From NCBI RefSeq assembly GCF_009914755.1, contig NC_060937.1: a DNA stretch of 64,000 bases; one strand, given 5' to 3'. Shown here piece after piece: positions 41,690-57,100 of this stretch (positions are counted from its first letter, which is position 1; each line of letters opens with the position of its first letter). Position numbers and translations under genes: made by a program. This DNA is from the human T2T-CHM13v2.0 reference genome, Homo sapiens. The notes beneath the pieces are model-generated. The model worked only from the letters and a program-made list of their open reading frames with translations. It ran no database searches and had not been told where the DNA came from.

Positions 41690-42106
41690 ATCAATTATTT
41701 TCCTGGATATAGTATCTCTGAGGAGTTGCATGCAGAAGGCCTATTAGGCTGCAGTGAACTCAGGAGACACATCGGCACACCAATGAGAAAGGCCAGAATG
41801 GATTCAGGGTGACACTGATGTATAATATGGTTGCACCAGTGGCCACAGGGAGCTCTAGAACTGAGAGGACCTTGAGGATTCCAGCAAACCTTAGGGAAGG
41901 AGCTAGGCCATATCCTGCAGTCATTGGCCATGGGCTGCCCTCTTAAAGGGGTGTAAACTTGGTTGGGGTGGTTCCCTGTGGCTGAGGGCAATTCCTAGTG
42001 AGAGGCACATCTTCTCTTGCTCAGAAGCCAATATCTACTGCATTTAAGAGGTGGGCATGTCAGTCACACAAGAGGGTATCCAGGCAGGCCTCACAGTGTC
42101 CAGTTC
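41690..42106 (-). mobile_element. LTR16 (C-like) ERVL LTR
   Basis: cacagggagctctagaactg...cagtcattggccatgggctgccc...gctgagggcaattcc...cacagtgtcca. Confidence 0.65.
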
Positions 42107-44229
42107 ATTCTGTATAAATTACCTGCAAAAGATACTGTGTGCAGAGTGATATTTTTACCCCACTAGCCCATAATCCATTAAATCTACCCTGAAGACAATG
42201 TGTTTCTAGGCAAAGTTTGACGTTTAACACTCAATAGCAAGGAAAACCAGGGTGTTTTCGTGAGTTTCCAATGCCTGGAAAATGCTAGCACTCATTCTCT
42301 TCTTAGGCAGGTCAGGCCTCTGTGGCTTATGTGAACCCTCTTTTTGACCTGTGATTCTATATTCTGGCTCATTAATAAATCTCAAATATTGTGCCTTTAT
42401 ATATACTCATATGCAAGACTCTAGTAGCGTGCATTAGGTCATGCCTCACAGTACTGAAGTTTGGAGTTTAGGTCAAATTACTCCATAAACCCCTAAAACA
42501 TTTTGTTTGTGCTTAACCCTGGTGTGACCAAAACCTTTCATGTATGCTTAGCCAACCATACAGTATATACACTACCTAGAAATGTATTTTCAAGGCTGAA
42601 TTCTTTAGCTTTTCTCTTCTACAGTTGTAAAGAGGAAGGGTGTGAAGTCCAAATGGTCTCCAAACCAGAAACCACGGAACGCAAACCATTTTTAAACACA
42701 GCAGCTGGCTAGCTTCCAGCCACAGAAGTGCCAGTACCAAGATTTGCTTGCATATGAAGTTTTGAGGTTCAGATGAGATCTGGAGGTTTGGGGAACTAGT
42801 TTGAGAATAACAACACTTGGGACCTCTCTTTGGATGTAAGCTGTAGTTTGAATTGACTGCATTAGAAATTGAACATTTTGCTTTCCCATAAACATAGTTG
42901 CATACTTTGAAAAAAAAATCCAATCTCATATCAAACTTCTACAAGCTTTTGCCATATGTGATATGTGTGCCTGCATACATATCAGTGGCCACAAAACTTG
43001 CTTACTTTCCAAGGTACATATGAGTTTCAGATGCTTAGGAGCTGTAATCAAGACTGGGAAGCAGTCGTGGCTGTTGTGGTGTAACTGAGATGATAAGTAC
43101 ACCTATGAAGTGGGGATGTTGGGGACCCAGTTGCTAGTAGTTATGAGATCCTTGAAAACTGGACTGTGCTTTATTCAGCTTTTATTCCTTCCACTGCACA
43201 CTAAAAGTGCTGCATAATCTGAATGATATGTTTTGTACTAAATAAGCAAGGTATTGTTCTGAACCTTTGTTAGCTCTTATCTAAAATGATTCAAGTCCCT
43301 GGGAAAATATGACTTTGATAGTATTGAAGGAAGGGCATTGGGAGAGCCAGGTACTTCATAAGGCTGTGCACCTGTGAATATGCAACAAGTCTTGGTTGAC
43401 TGGTTGATTAATATACACAATACTTCATATGGTTCTCCAAAAGATCAAGCAATGAACTAAGTAATCTTCCAAGGTCTCTTCCAGCCTAATAATTCTGCTT
43501 TTGTCTTTTCTATTCACAGATGAAAGATGATACTGAAAGCTATAATATTGCCTAATTCTACATGTGAACTTTAATAAATGATGCATGACATATTATGCTA
43601 CCTACCTTAGGCACATGTGTAGATAGTCCTTTCATTAGGAACGGTGGCCAAGATGCCAGTTCGACACCATGGGTCAGATGCTTCACCTCAGGGGATTAAT
43701 AGAAACTTTGAACAGTAAGTGCAGCCTCATTCCAAATTGCCTCAGGCCAGGTCTGACTGCTACTGCTCAGAAATCACTATTTATGAGCAATGCCTCCTTG
43801 GGCCCTATTTTCTTATATTAAACCTAATGAGTGACAACAGGATCATCCAGGGAGTGAAAGGTCCCCGGGGTTCGGTAGTTAAGATATGAAAAGACACACA
43901 CTCCTTTCCTGTCCCTAATCTCACTCTTTTTATGAAGATGAAGTCTCTACTGGCTCATAGTGAAATATCAATAAATGATAGGAAGTTATTTTTAAAACAA
44001 TAGTAAATGACCCATAATCCCATCATTCAGAGGTTTACCTCCTCTGTTTATATTGTTGCACATTTCCTTGTAATAATTTTTATAGATTAATAGGAAAAAA
44101 GTGTGTGCATGTGAGTCTGTATGTGTGTGCATAATTTCATAGTTAACGCCTTGTGTATGACATTTTATACCTTGACCATACCATAAACATGTTTTATTAC
44201 ATATAAGCGGGCCAAGATTTTGGGAGTTA

Positions 44230-44380
44230 TGAGTATATTTATTATATTTCTATTATACAATTATATGTTCTATTATAGAATATATATTACCATATATTAT
44301 AATATATAATCTATATTATGCATATCATATATTATATATTCTATTATATATATTCTATTACATATATTATTATACTTCTA
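44230..44380. repeat. AT-rich low-complexity (TATTA-type) tract
   Basis: Degenerate ttctattatata repeats. Confidence 0.8.
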
Positions 44381-44649
44381 TTCTTTCCTTCACAATTAGT
44401 CTCCTGTAGCACATATGCTTTCCTCCCAACACTACATTGTTATTCATTTGTCAACTTATGTTTAAAATCTTCATTACTCCAGAGAATCAGGTGAGTCCTC
44501 TCTTTCTTCTCTGCACAATCCAAGGTACAGACTCCACCCTTCACTTAAATTTTCTGGTCACTCCCACAATCACAGAACATGATTTTTTAAAATCTTGATT
44601 TCCTGAAAAATAATCAATTCTTTTTTTTAAAATCATTAATTATTTTCAT

Positions 44650-45500
44650 GGCTGACCCTCAAGGTCAGGGTGTCTCCAGAGTTTCCTCCAGCTAATCTTT
44701 CTTCTCGGTGATCCTGCTCACTTGGGGGTCTACACTCTGCCTCTTGTCTTATTCCCTCACCACCATGATCTCCAAGTGCCTGTATCCCCAAATCTTTATC
44801 CTGAATTCCAATCATCCTAGTATTTCTTAAGTTCTTGCTCTAGGTTTTACGTTGTCTTATGCATTAGGGATCTTAAGGTAATTGAGACACTGTGCATTAG
44901 ACATTTGGTACCTAAAACTCAATAGATCCAAATCAGATTTCATTGTCTACTAGCTCCATGCCTCCTCAACCTCCTGTATTTCCCATAAAGGCCAAACTCA
45001 CTAAACGCCTCTGCATCCCAAGTAGCCACCAGTTCCTCTCATGTTCATCCCTTCCTACTCAACCTTCTCTTTCTCTTTGAAATTTCAGGATATGTCCGGG
45101 CATGGTGGGCTCATGCCTGTAATCTCAGCACTTTGGGAGACTGAAGTGGGAGGATTACTTGAGCCCAGGAGTTTGAGACCAACATGGCGAGACTTTGTCT
45201 CTACGAAAAATTTAAAAAATTAGCTGAGCATGGTGGCGTGCACTTGTAATTCCAGATACTCAGGAAGCAGGGGTGGGAGGATTGCTTGAGCCCAGGAGGT
45301 CGAGGCTGCAGTGAACAGAGATAACACCACTGCACTCCATCCTCGGCAACAGAACAAGACCCTGTCTCAAAAAACAAACGCAAAAACCTTTCAGTATGTA
45401 ATCCTCACTTGCCAGGGTTATTGCAATAGAATTCTGGAAGTTTTATTTCCTTCCTGCTTTGCTCTCACTAAAATTTACTTCAAATTGTTAACAGAGTGAG
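44650..45500 (+). mobile_element. L2 fragment interrupted by AluJ
   Basis: gtacctaaaactcaatagatccaaatcagatt...cctcctgtatttccca; resumes after the Alu with ggttattgcaatag. Confidence 0.5.
45094..45386 (+). mobile_element. AluJ
   Basis: ggaggattacttgagcccaggagtttgagacc and ggaggtcgaggctgcagtga are J-type. A-rich tail. Confidence 0.92.
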
Positions 45501-45789
45501 GCCTGCCATAAAGACGGCAACTTATCCACTTTAAAAATTAAACAAAAATGACAATGGGAACATCATTCTATTGCCCAATAAATGATATACAACTTTCTAC
45601 TGAGCTAAGTAGAAAACACAGCTACTTGCAAGTGAATGAGTTTTCTATCTGTATCTTAGAGTAGGTAGTTTTGGTAAATATTTATATCTTTCAGATTTGA
45701 AGTAACACTGCTGTATATGAAAATGTGATATTAAATTCTCTTTAATCAGTTTAACCACATCATGGGAAATATTGTTCAAAGAGGTAGTT

Positions 45790-46420
45790 TGGCAGAGTGG
45801 GTAAGTTTCAGACTCTGAGTTGAAATGGTACATTTTGAATCTCAGGTCTGCCACTGATATGATTTGGCTGTGTCCTCACCCAAATCTCATCTTGAACTCT
45901 AGTTCCCATAATCCCCATGTGTCAGGGGAGGGACCCGGTGGGAAGTAATTGAATCATGGGGCAGCTTCCTCCATGCTGTTCTCGTGATAGTGAATGAGTT
46001 CTCAGGAGACCTGATGGTTTTATAAGGGGCTTTTCCCCACCTTCACTCTGCACTTCTCCTTGCTGCTGCCATGTGAAGAAGGACATGTTCTGCCATGATT
46101 GTAAGTGTCCTGAGGCCTCCCCAGCCATGCAGAACTGTGAATCATTAAACCTCTTTCCTTCATAAATTACCCAGTCATGGTATGTCTTTATTAGCAGGAT
46201 GAGAATGAATAATATAGCCACTATCTTGCTGTATAACTCTAGAAAAATCATTTTGATTCTCTTTTCCTGAGTTTTGTCATTGATAAGATGCTGCTGCTGA
46301 AAATAACATATTCACCTACATGGTAGGGTTTTTCTGTGAATTAAACAATACATAAAAATAACTTTCTCTGAACCCGGCATATCATAGATGTTTAATACAC
46401 TTTAGCTAGTTTTATTATCT
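45790..46420 (+). mobile_element. MIR split by a THE1 LTR
   Basis: MIR head (gactctgag...ttgaatctcaggtctgccac) before the LTR. Core and tail (cctgagttttgtcat...tagggtt...) after it. Confidence 0.65.
45855..46216 (+). mobile_element. THE1 solo LTR
   Basis: tgatatgatttggctgtgtcc...taatata. Perfect TSD gccac (45850-45854 and 46217-46221). Confidence 0.95.
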
Positions 46421-46624
46421 AGTGATGATTTATGGAATTTGCAAGTGTGTGTCCAAGAGCACTGAAACTGTAGAGATCCCACAAGAAAAACTAACATCTT
46501 CTTTACAAACACATCTAAAGACATTTAGAATTTTTATTTTGAATATTTAAATATATGTGCAATTGATCTCTGAGAAATGCTGTAATAACTGAAATCTTAT
46601 CAGTACTACAATTAACAAGATGTG

Positions 46625-46850
46625 AGATATATTGCTATGGACACCAGGATCTAAAGGACTGGGTTCAAATTCTTGATTTGTCCTTTGCTATATTGGCCAA
46701 GTTACTTAGACTCTTCGGGCCTCAATTTTCTCATCTATAAAAGTGTGATAATATCTACATCAAAAACTCCATGACCTGATCTGTGTCTTTGAATGCAAAG
46801 TTCATAGTTCAGAGTTGATACTTGATAAATGGTAGTTACTATTATTATTT
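46625..46850 (+). mobile_element. MIR
   Basis: ctgggttcaaattcttg...ccaagttacttagactcttcgggcctcaattttctcatctataaaa. Confidence 0.7.
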
Positions 46851-49549
46851 TAAATAAAATATAGTTGCTTAATTCATATCAGATATTATAAAAAATGATC
46901 CGATGCTATGCAAATAAATAACTTAGCTATGATTTGGAATATCTGAGATGATGCCCACTAACCTATTTTTACTCAACTAAGAAAAAAAGCAAGAGAAGAA
47001 AAGGATCACTTATATTGTTGCGTGCCTACACTCAATATGACACCACCTTCAAGCTCCATTAAGTTTGCTCTTCTTATGGTACATTCTTCAAGTAGTGTAA
47101 TTGCTGAGAGTGAGATTTAGGTACGTGGGTGAATGCTACAAAACAGATCTCAGCATCTGTCTGAGATCTAGGGGAAATTTTTTAACAATATAAAGAATTT
47201 CATTTAGTTGAGTTCTGAATTTGTCCTATAAGAGTTGAAAAGGGGCAGAGGTCACATTTTTCAATGTTTGTATTTGCAGACTATATTCTTTTTCCCAATT
47301 TAACTGGGTTTGCCTCTTCCAAAGGAAAATATCCTGGATTATATGTGATACTTACAATAAACACCCTTTAAGATAATTTATTACAAAGTAACAATAGATA
47401 GCCACTTCTAACACAACAAAATATCCATCACTGAGGCTTCTTTCCCAAAATATTGAATCCATAAGGAAGATTTCTACACATCTATTTATTTCTACAAAAT
47501 TAAGTGTGAAATAACTTTAGACTCTGTGATAATTCTGGTACTAAATAAAGTTAATGCTAGAAAATGCACTGAGGTATTTGGTAGTTGATGATTTGGTAGT
47601 AAATAATGGCATATAATTTAATTTTATAGTCCTTTAATATTTGAAAGCTTTACGATTCTTCAGTGAAAAGACCCTATGTATTATCTTTATACAAAATTCA
47701 AATACTGCAATTTGTATCTTGAGCAACAGGTCAATCTTGACTGAAAACTCACATCTTCTGAGTTAGAATTTACCTGAACCCTGGCACCAGGTCTTCCTTG
47801 GCTTCTACTGAGAAACCTCCTCCAGTCATTACTTTGTGCTTACCTGTTCGTCTACAGTCCAAACCTCACCTCTCCATACTGGAGAAGGGTGAAAGGAAAG
47901 TATTTAAGCCTATTAAATTCCTAGCAACCTTTCATTCTTTCCACCTTTCTTAATGCCATTGTGCATTGACTCCCCATCTACCAAACCCCTCTCTAGGCAT
48001 CATATTTAAGAATAGCTTTATAACTTCTAGCTACGTAGGATATGAACTGAAACAATTCACAACTGCTAGTCGATTTCTCAAAGTCAATTTTGAACAATGC
48101 AGAAAAAGCAGTTTTTTGATTTTTCAAAAATCAGTCCAGATTTCAAAATATTATCTGGATAATGCAGAATTGTAAAAATAAATAATTACACACTTTATGA
48201 GCAGATGCCCCTGGGTGGTTGAAAAAAGAAGAGGGGATCACAAGCCCCCAATAAACACAGCTCTCTGGGTGTGCAAATGGAAGACAAATGATGGCGAAGC
48301 TCCCCTCTAGCTCCCAGAGGCATGCGACACAGCTGTGCCACTGGGTGCCTTTGCTTCATTATCCGGCCGCCTGTCCCTGAATTTGTGACTGGGTTCCAGC
48401 CCTCTCAATATGCTTCTTTCAATTTAGATCATTCATGCTGGAGGCCAAGGCTATTTTCATTGATTCTACCAGCTACTTTGACAGACACGTTCAAAAGTGA
48501 TATGTGGAGCCTTCGAGAGGAAAAGCCCTAAGTACACGCCCAGCATTACCGTTCTGGCACAAATGAAGTTCATGAAAGCTGGCCTGCAATGAGCCGTCAT
48601 TATCTCATGCAAACGTAGCACAAAGTCCTACATTCCCATAGCTTTTACAGCCATTAGAGTCAAAGCTAACGAATGCCATTGCTATCTTATTTCCAGAACA
48701 ATAATGGCACTTAGATAAAATACACTCAGGGTTCTTTCCCAGAAAAAGGCAGTGTCAGTAATGCAGCCTCATATTAATCAAAAGCAATTCTGGACAGAAA
48801 ACATTCTTTTATGAATATAGAAATTTTCTCTATTATCCTCAAGACATAGTATGCTGGTGGCATTCTGCAGAGTTACAGGGCAAATCTTGAAAGTAATTTA
48901 CTGACCATAAAAGAAATTCTTAATTAGAAAATAGGTTCATTTAGATAACTTTACTCTGAAATAAATGAAGATGGGATGGCAAATAAGTGGATTTTACATT
49001 TATGTGCTTCAGATTCGTTCCTTTCCTGGAATTGTGACCAACAAAAACGACTACAGTTCTGTGTATTTCCAATGGTACTTGAAATATTAAGTACTTTTAA
49101 TAATAGGTACTTTTAAAATAATAAGTACTTTTAATGTTTAATTTACAAATGTCTTGGCATTGTAAGAATTAATACAGGCATATTTATATTAAATATTAAA
49201 TGAAAAAAGAGAAAAATACTCCAAAAACTTTTTAAATGGATGGATATTAGTAATGATTTTTTTTTGCAATAAATGTTTCTGGATGTTTTATTATTCTATG
49301 TTGCTATTTTAAAGATAAATTTCAATTACTAAGGAAACACCAGGAACATAGCTACCTTCCATCAAATGAAACATCATCTTTTTGTTTCCTTTATTCTGTA
49401 TAATTTTTTAAGGAACCAAGATGGAAATTATTAGTTCTACATTTAGTTCACAAAATGTGAAAAGCACTCTCATGCTTATACTTCACTTATGAAACTTTTA
49501 CTACTTACTGCTGCATTAAATTTGTTACTTAATTGTATCAACTAATTTA

Positions 49550-51920
<2,371 letters not shown>

Positions 51921-52749
51921 AAATATCAAAAGAAACCAGAGTGCAGGCTTTTAAACCCGATCAAATGGTGGCTTTTTCCAGAGGCTGCTTCCTCATCATG
52001 ATCTTCACAGTAACATGTGATGTGCAAATCTCATGTCATTTTCCCCATTTGAAGAATGGCTTTAAGAAACTGGAAAGATTAAATCATCAATCAGTTATTA
52101 TAGAATCAAAGTACTGAGTTGTTCTAAATTAATTTGTTTTCCTACAACATGCTACTATATTTAATGCTTGTGACTTTGAGAAACCATAAATATACTATGG
52201 CTATGATATAAATATTTCAACTATCAGAAAAACATTGTTAAATTAACATTTCTATCGGTCTTTATTATACTCCTTGGGGAGTAGTATGTTTTTAGAGGAA
52301 TTCAATCCCCAAACAAGGAAACGTAATCCTGAAATGTATATTAAGAATAAGACATTAACATATTGGCACACGATGATCTTATTTATTTGTATTACAGGCA
52401 AATAAAAGTGTGGATCATGAGGAGGCTGCTCAAGAGTTAGGCTTTTAGGGTGGCCAGGTACTTCATCAAGACTTACCATAGGAAAATGTCAGTATTAATT
52501 ATTTGATATCAATTGTTAAATGCAGCAAAGAAGATTCCTTTTACCCAATCACTTGTCAAGACGAATGATGCTCTCATTGGAATAAAAACAATTTTGATTA
52601 CAATGTTTTTGATAACATGATGTACAGATAACACAAAAAAATTATAGACTTAAGTGGGAAAACCTGCCATATAATAGAAATGAGAAAACCTGGCAAATAG
52701 TATAACCCTATTATGTGTGTGTGTATGCATACATATATGATATGTGCAG

Positions 52750-53098
52750 TATCTAAGTCCATTTGAGCTGCTATAACAAAAACACCATAAACTAGTGACC
52801 TAAACAATCTATTCGCCATTGTTCTTAATGCTGAGAAGTCTAAGATTAAGGCACTGGTAGATAAGGTGTCTGGTGAGGGTCTGCTTCTTGGAAGACAGAT
52901 GGACTCATCTGGTGGAAAAAGAGCAGAGCAAGACAGCTCTCGGGGGTCTCTCTTTTAAGGGTACTAATCACATCCATGGGTACCCCACCATCATGACCTA
53001 ATCACCTCTCAAAAGCCCCATGTCTTAATTCTATCACTTTGAGTGTTAGAATTTTTCAACATATAAATTTTGAGAGTATAAACATTCAGTCTATAACA
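52750..53098 (-). mobile_element. MLT1A/MLT1A0 LTR
   Basis: agtccatttgagctgctataacaaa...ggtgtctggtgaggg...catgacctaatcacctc...aacattcagtctataaca, flanked by gtgcag on both sides. Confidence 0.85.
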
Positions 53099-53939
53099 GT
53101 GCAGAAAATTAAATCTGAAGTACTAAATATTTAATAGGAGTTATTTCTACCAGTCAAGTTGATATCATATTTTGGTAATTTCTATAATATTGGACAATTT
53201 TTATGATAAGAATAGATTGTTTTCCTAACCACAAAAACTACTGTAGCTATATAATAAGGAATTATACATACATATCTTTTACCAAAAAAAACTATAAGGT
53301 GAAAAAATAACCCTCATCATATCACAGAGGAATCAATACAAGAATGCATGACAGGAATAAATTATATCAAGGTTAATGAAAATTCAACCAACTATTTTTT
53401 TCTTTTGCCATCATTTCCAAGTGTATTTCTCCAGAGTATTGCATGATTTGGTAATTGTGGAAAACTTTTGTTGCTGTTGATAGGTAAATAATATTTAACA
53501 GCTTAAAGAAGAAAATCACAGTTGTAAGGAAATAGAGAACATTACATACAAAGTTAATAAGATTGATTGGGTTGAAAAGTAAAATTGAGACAACTGTATA
53601 AAGACTTAGAATTTCACATTTGTTTGCATAATACTTTTTATCACATCTAACCATACAATATTTAGAGATCACAAAAATGAGACTTAAAGATGAAGTATTC
53701 TAATGAGAGGTAAAATGGTATGAACATGTAGTATTTTATTAAGAATCATAGAAAGCTTGTCTTGATTATTTTTCTATTCAGTTTATAGCACAAAGTTTTC
53801 TTCAGATGTTAAAATTACACATCTGTAAGTCAATTGTTTCTCCTGCCTTATGGTGTATGCAGGCAAACCCAGAAGAAAAAATATGGAGCTTATCACCACC
53901 TCAGGAGGCCTTGAAAGAATCAGAGCCCCAATAACTGTT

Positions 53940-54453
53940 ATGGAGAAAGTAGGATAGGGGTTAGACCCTACACAAGTGTGCGGAGAACTTGGAAAGTTGG
54001 GAATGGAACATGGATAGGATTAAAGCAAGAGTCTTTCTGCAGCCACTACACAAGCCAATCATGCACCAAACTGGGACCAAGAAGGAAAACTGGAGGGTCA
54101 CCTCTGGGAAGCTGAGCCTCTGTGCCATCAGTACTCAGTGGGTCTAGAGCCGAGCATCTGGTTTGTGGAGTTGGCACCACTGTTGTTCAACAGGTTCTGT
54201 GGACATGAATGTGAGCTGGGCATGGATCAGAGGACGGCGAGGACAAACTGGAGCCCAGCAGGCACTTATGTGTTCACCTGACATTATATCTGACCATAAC
54301 AACCTTTACGGAGTAATGATAATTGCTTCTCTACCACCTTGCAATTTCATGGACTACCTCCTTTAGCCAACTCTTACCTGTAGTCATGCAGAGGAGATGA
54401 GTCTGAGAAATGTATTTTCCAGCTGAACTAATTTCACACTTTATAAACCCCCA
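53940..54453 (-). mobile_element. Ancient LTR (LTR78/LTR79-like)
   Basis: ggacaaactggagccc...gccaactcttacctg...tctgagaaatgtattttccagct resembles the recalled LTR78/79 terminus. Confidence 0.4.
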
Positions 54454-54469
54454 GAATCTGGGTGCACAG

Positions 54470-54904
54470 TTACGTTGGTAGTTGCTCATGAATCGCACTT
54501 CCAGTATTCTGCATCTTCTTTAGCCCCCTCCCATGTTGATCCTGGCTTGTTTATGTGGTTTTACTGAGCCAATGGGACATTAGCAAACATGATCCAAGCA
54601 GAGACTTGATAAGCATTCTCTTCATGGAACATGGAACCCAGGGACCCAGCTGCCATGCAAGAACCCAGGTCACCCTCCTTGAGGCTCAGAAATGGTGGAT
54701 ATGGAGAGTCCTCGAGTCCACAGGGAGAGAGAAGTTCATCCAATGCAGAATCCCAGTATAGCTCAGCTACAAGAAAACCCATTGGATAAAGGAACCTCAT
54801 GAGTGAGTCCTGCAAAGACCACCAGAAGACCTGTCCAGCCAGCCCTCAGAATCAGAAGCACCTGAATTCTGTAGTTGGGTATGAAGCAATAGACAACTGA
54901 ATCA
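54470..54904 (+). mobile_element. MLT1G-like LTR
   Basis: gccaatgggacattagcaaacatgatccaagcagagacttga...accagaagacctgtccagcc...gcaatagacaactgaatca. Confidence 0.7.
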
Positions 54905-56360
54905 GCCACAAAACTTACATGAACTCTTTCATTGCTGATGAAAAAATAAAATAAATATTAATTTTATTACTGTCTCACTAACAAGAACCTTTTTAAAAAG
55001 GCATGGAATTTGAGTTACTAGAAAAGAGTTTTCAGTTGAGCCTTAGCTTTGTCATTCAAATTACTGAACGGACACTTCAAAAATTTTTCAATACTTAATA
55101 TTTGCCAAAGTACTCTATTAAGACCCAGTGTCCTCATCACATCAGTGATGAACATTTATTGAATATATACTATGTTCCAGCCTCTGCATTAAGTCTTTTA
55201 CTCCATGAATTCTCATAATTTTATACTTCAAAGACCATGAGTATGCCTTAGTAAAAACAGAAGCAAAGAAATGGAAGTAACTCACCCCGCTGTATCAACA
55301 GAGCTGGGAATGGGATCGTGGCAGAGGCTACAATCTTCCTCACGACCCTAGAGCTTCTCTGAGGAATGTCATGTGCCTGGGGGTTTGGGAGGAAACATCT
55401 TAGCTCTGGGTTACTGCAGAAGCACAGGTAAAAAAGTTCAGTTACTTGCCAGATTCAAAGTTAACCTGGGCATGAAAAGGAGGAAAGGAGGTTTATTTTT
55501 ATTCCACCAATACCTCTGGAAATGGATTAAATGGTTTTAGGAAGTTAGCACAGAGAAGCCACAACACGACTTCCTTTATCTCTCCTCTGATGATGACAGG
55601 CCTGCAGATATAAAGCATAGTTTGCCTGTAGCTAAATAAAAACTGGTGTCATGTGAAAGGATAGAAGTTTATAATTTTTCTTCTGATGAACTTTGCCACC
55701 CTTTTCATCTCCATTCTAGGGGCTAGAGTAGTCTATCTTAGATTCCAACATGACAAAAAATAATAGAAATTAAGGACTATCTTGCTTTTGATCTCCAGGA
55801 CGCTAAACTGTTATTGGAGGGACTTCAATATGTGAGAGAAATGTCACTGTGAAGAGAGCTGGGGACTTGAGTTTCCCATAAAGGCTGGAGAGAAGATCAT
55901 TTGCGCTAGACAGAGTAAACGGGGAGACAGAGATGAAGAAAACATGTAAATTCAGTGTCTCAAATTGATGGTCCCATTCCCTGACCCCAGACAGAGGTTT
56001 GAGTGAGGGAGCTGGGGAGAGGGGTACGGTGTGAAGGGGATTAAAAGGCTAAAGAATGGAAATGAGTTTTTAGGAAATCTATGTAAATATGCCTCCTCAG
56101 ACCCTAAGAGGGTATCATATCCAAGTGACTATAAACCTGGTGAATAGCTACATAGCCTTAGATAGGACACAAAAGTATCCGTTACCTACAGGCAAACCGG
56201 AGGTAAGATGAGCTCATCAGTGTCCAGCTCGGATTTCTGTTTAAAGATCCCACCACACAATGAATCCTTCAGCAAATACCATCTTAGGTGGAAGATTCAA
56301 GATGGCAGACCGGCACCAGAATTCAAACCTTGCACTGACATGCATTGGTTGAATGAGATC

Positions 56361-56442
56361 TCAAAACTCAAATAGAGCTCATTTAAGTAGAAATGAAGAA
56401 ATCAAAACTCAAATAGAGCTCATTTAAGTAGAAATGAAGAAA
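56361..56442. repeat. Perfect 2 x 41 bp tandem duplication
   Basis: tcaaaactcaaatagagctcatttaagtagaaatgaagaaa at 56361-56401 and 56402-56442. Confidence 0.97.
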
Positions 56443-56599
56443 GGTTATTTTTATTTTCTTGAATGCTTTAGTTAGACATTGTTTCTGATCTGCTGCATCC
56501 AGCGTACAGCTATGTATTCTACTCCATGACTACTCTCCTAGGCAGTGTTAAGCTTCACAGATAGAGCAGGTTCAGTTTATAAGAGCAGAGGGAAGGATT

Positions 56600-57100
56600 G
56601 GTTTCCTCATGAGGCATTTAGAGGTGAGAGAAAAAAGAGGAGTTGCAAATATAACAGAGAAGGAGCAGTCAGAGAGCGCAAGAAAATACAGTGTCAAGAA
56701 GGCCCAGGGAAGTCAGAAGCTTCAAAAGATTAGAACTTAAAGAAGGGAACCTGTCTAGTAATGTTGCAGAGAGGACAAATGTTTACAGTATTGCAGAAAA
56801 CATTAAAAAGGTGTAAGATATGGAAAGAAGTAGCCCGTCTGGCTATTCAGATATCTGAAGTATGCTAGATTTGAAAGATTTTGCAAGCGTTAGAGAAAAG
56901 GATATGTGCTAAGGGAATGAGCACAGTGAGTATAAAAACGGAAGTTAAAGGATTTGACTATAAAATATTTGGGAAAATACGGTAATCATTGGAAAGGGAG
57001 AGGATCAAAGGGTTTTTAAATGGGAACTACAGAAAGGAAGCACACACGAGGAAGTTGACACAGAAGGTATTAGAAAGAGGTCACAACAGTATGGGAATAA
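56600..57100 (-). mobile_element. L2 fragment
   Basis: catttagaggtgag...gagaaggagcagtcagagag...cagtgagtata...gggtttttaaatggga. Confidence 0.5.

Noticed and set aside
49072-49135. Repeated gtactt(tt)aa units
   Set aside because: Short degenerate AT-rich local duplication with no evidence of function.
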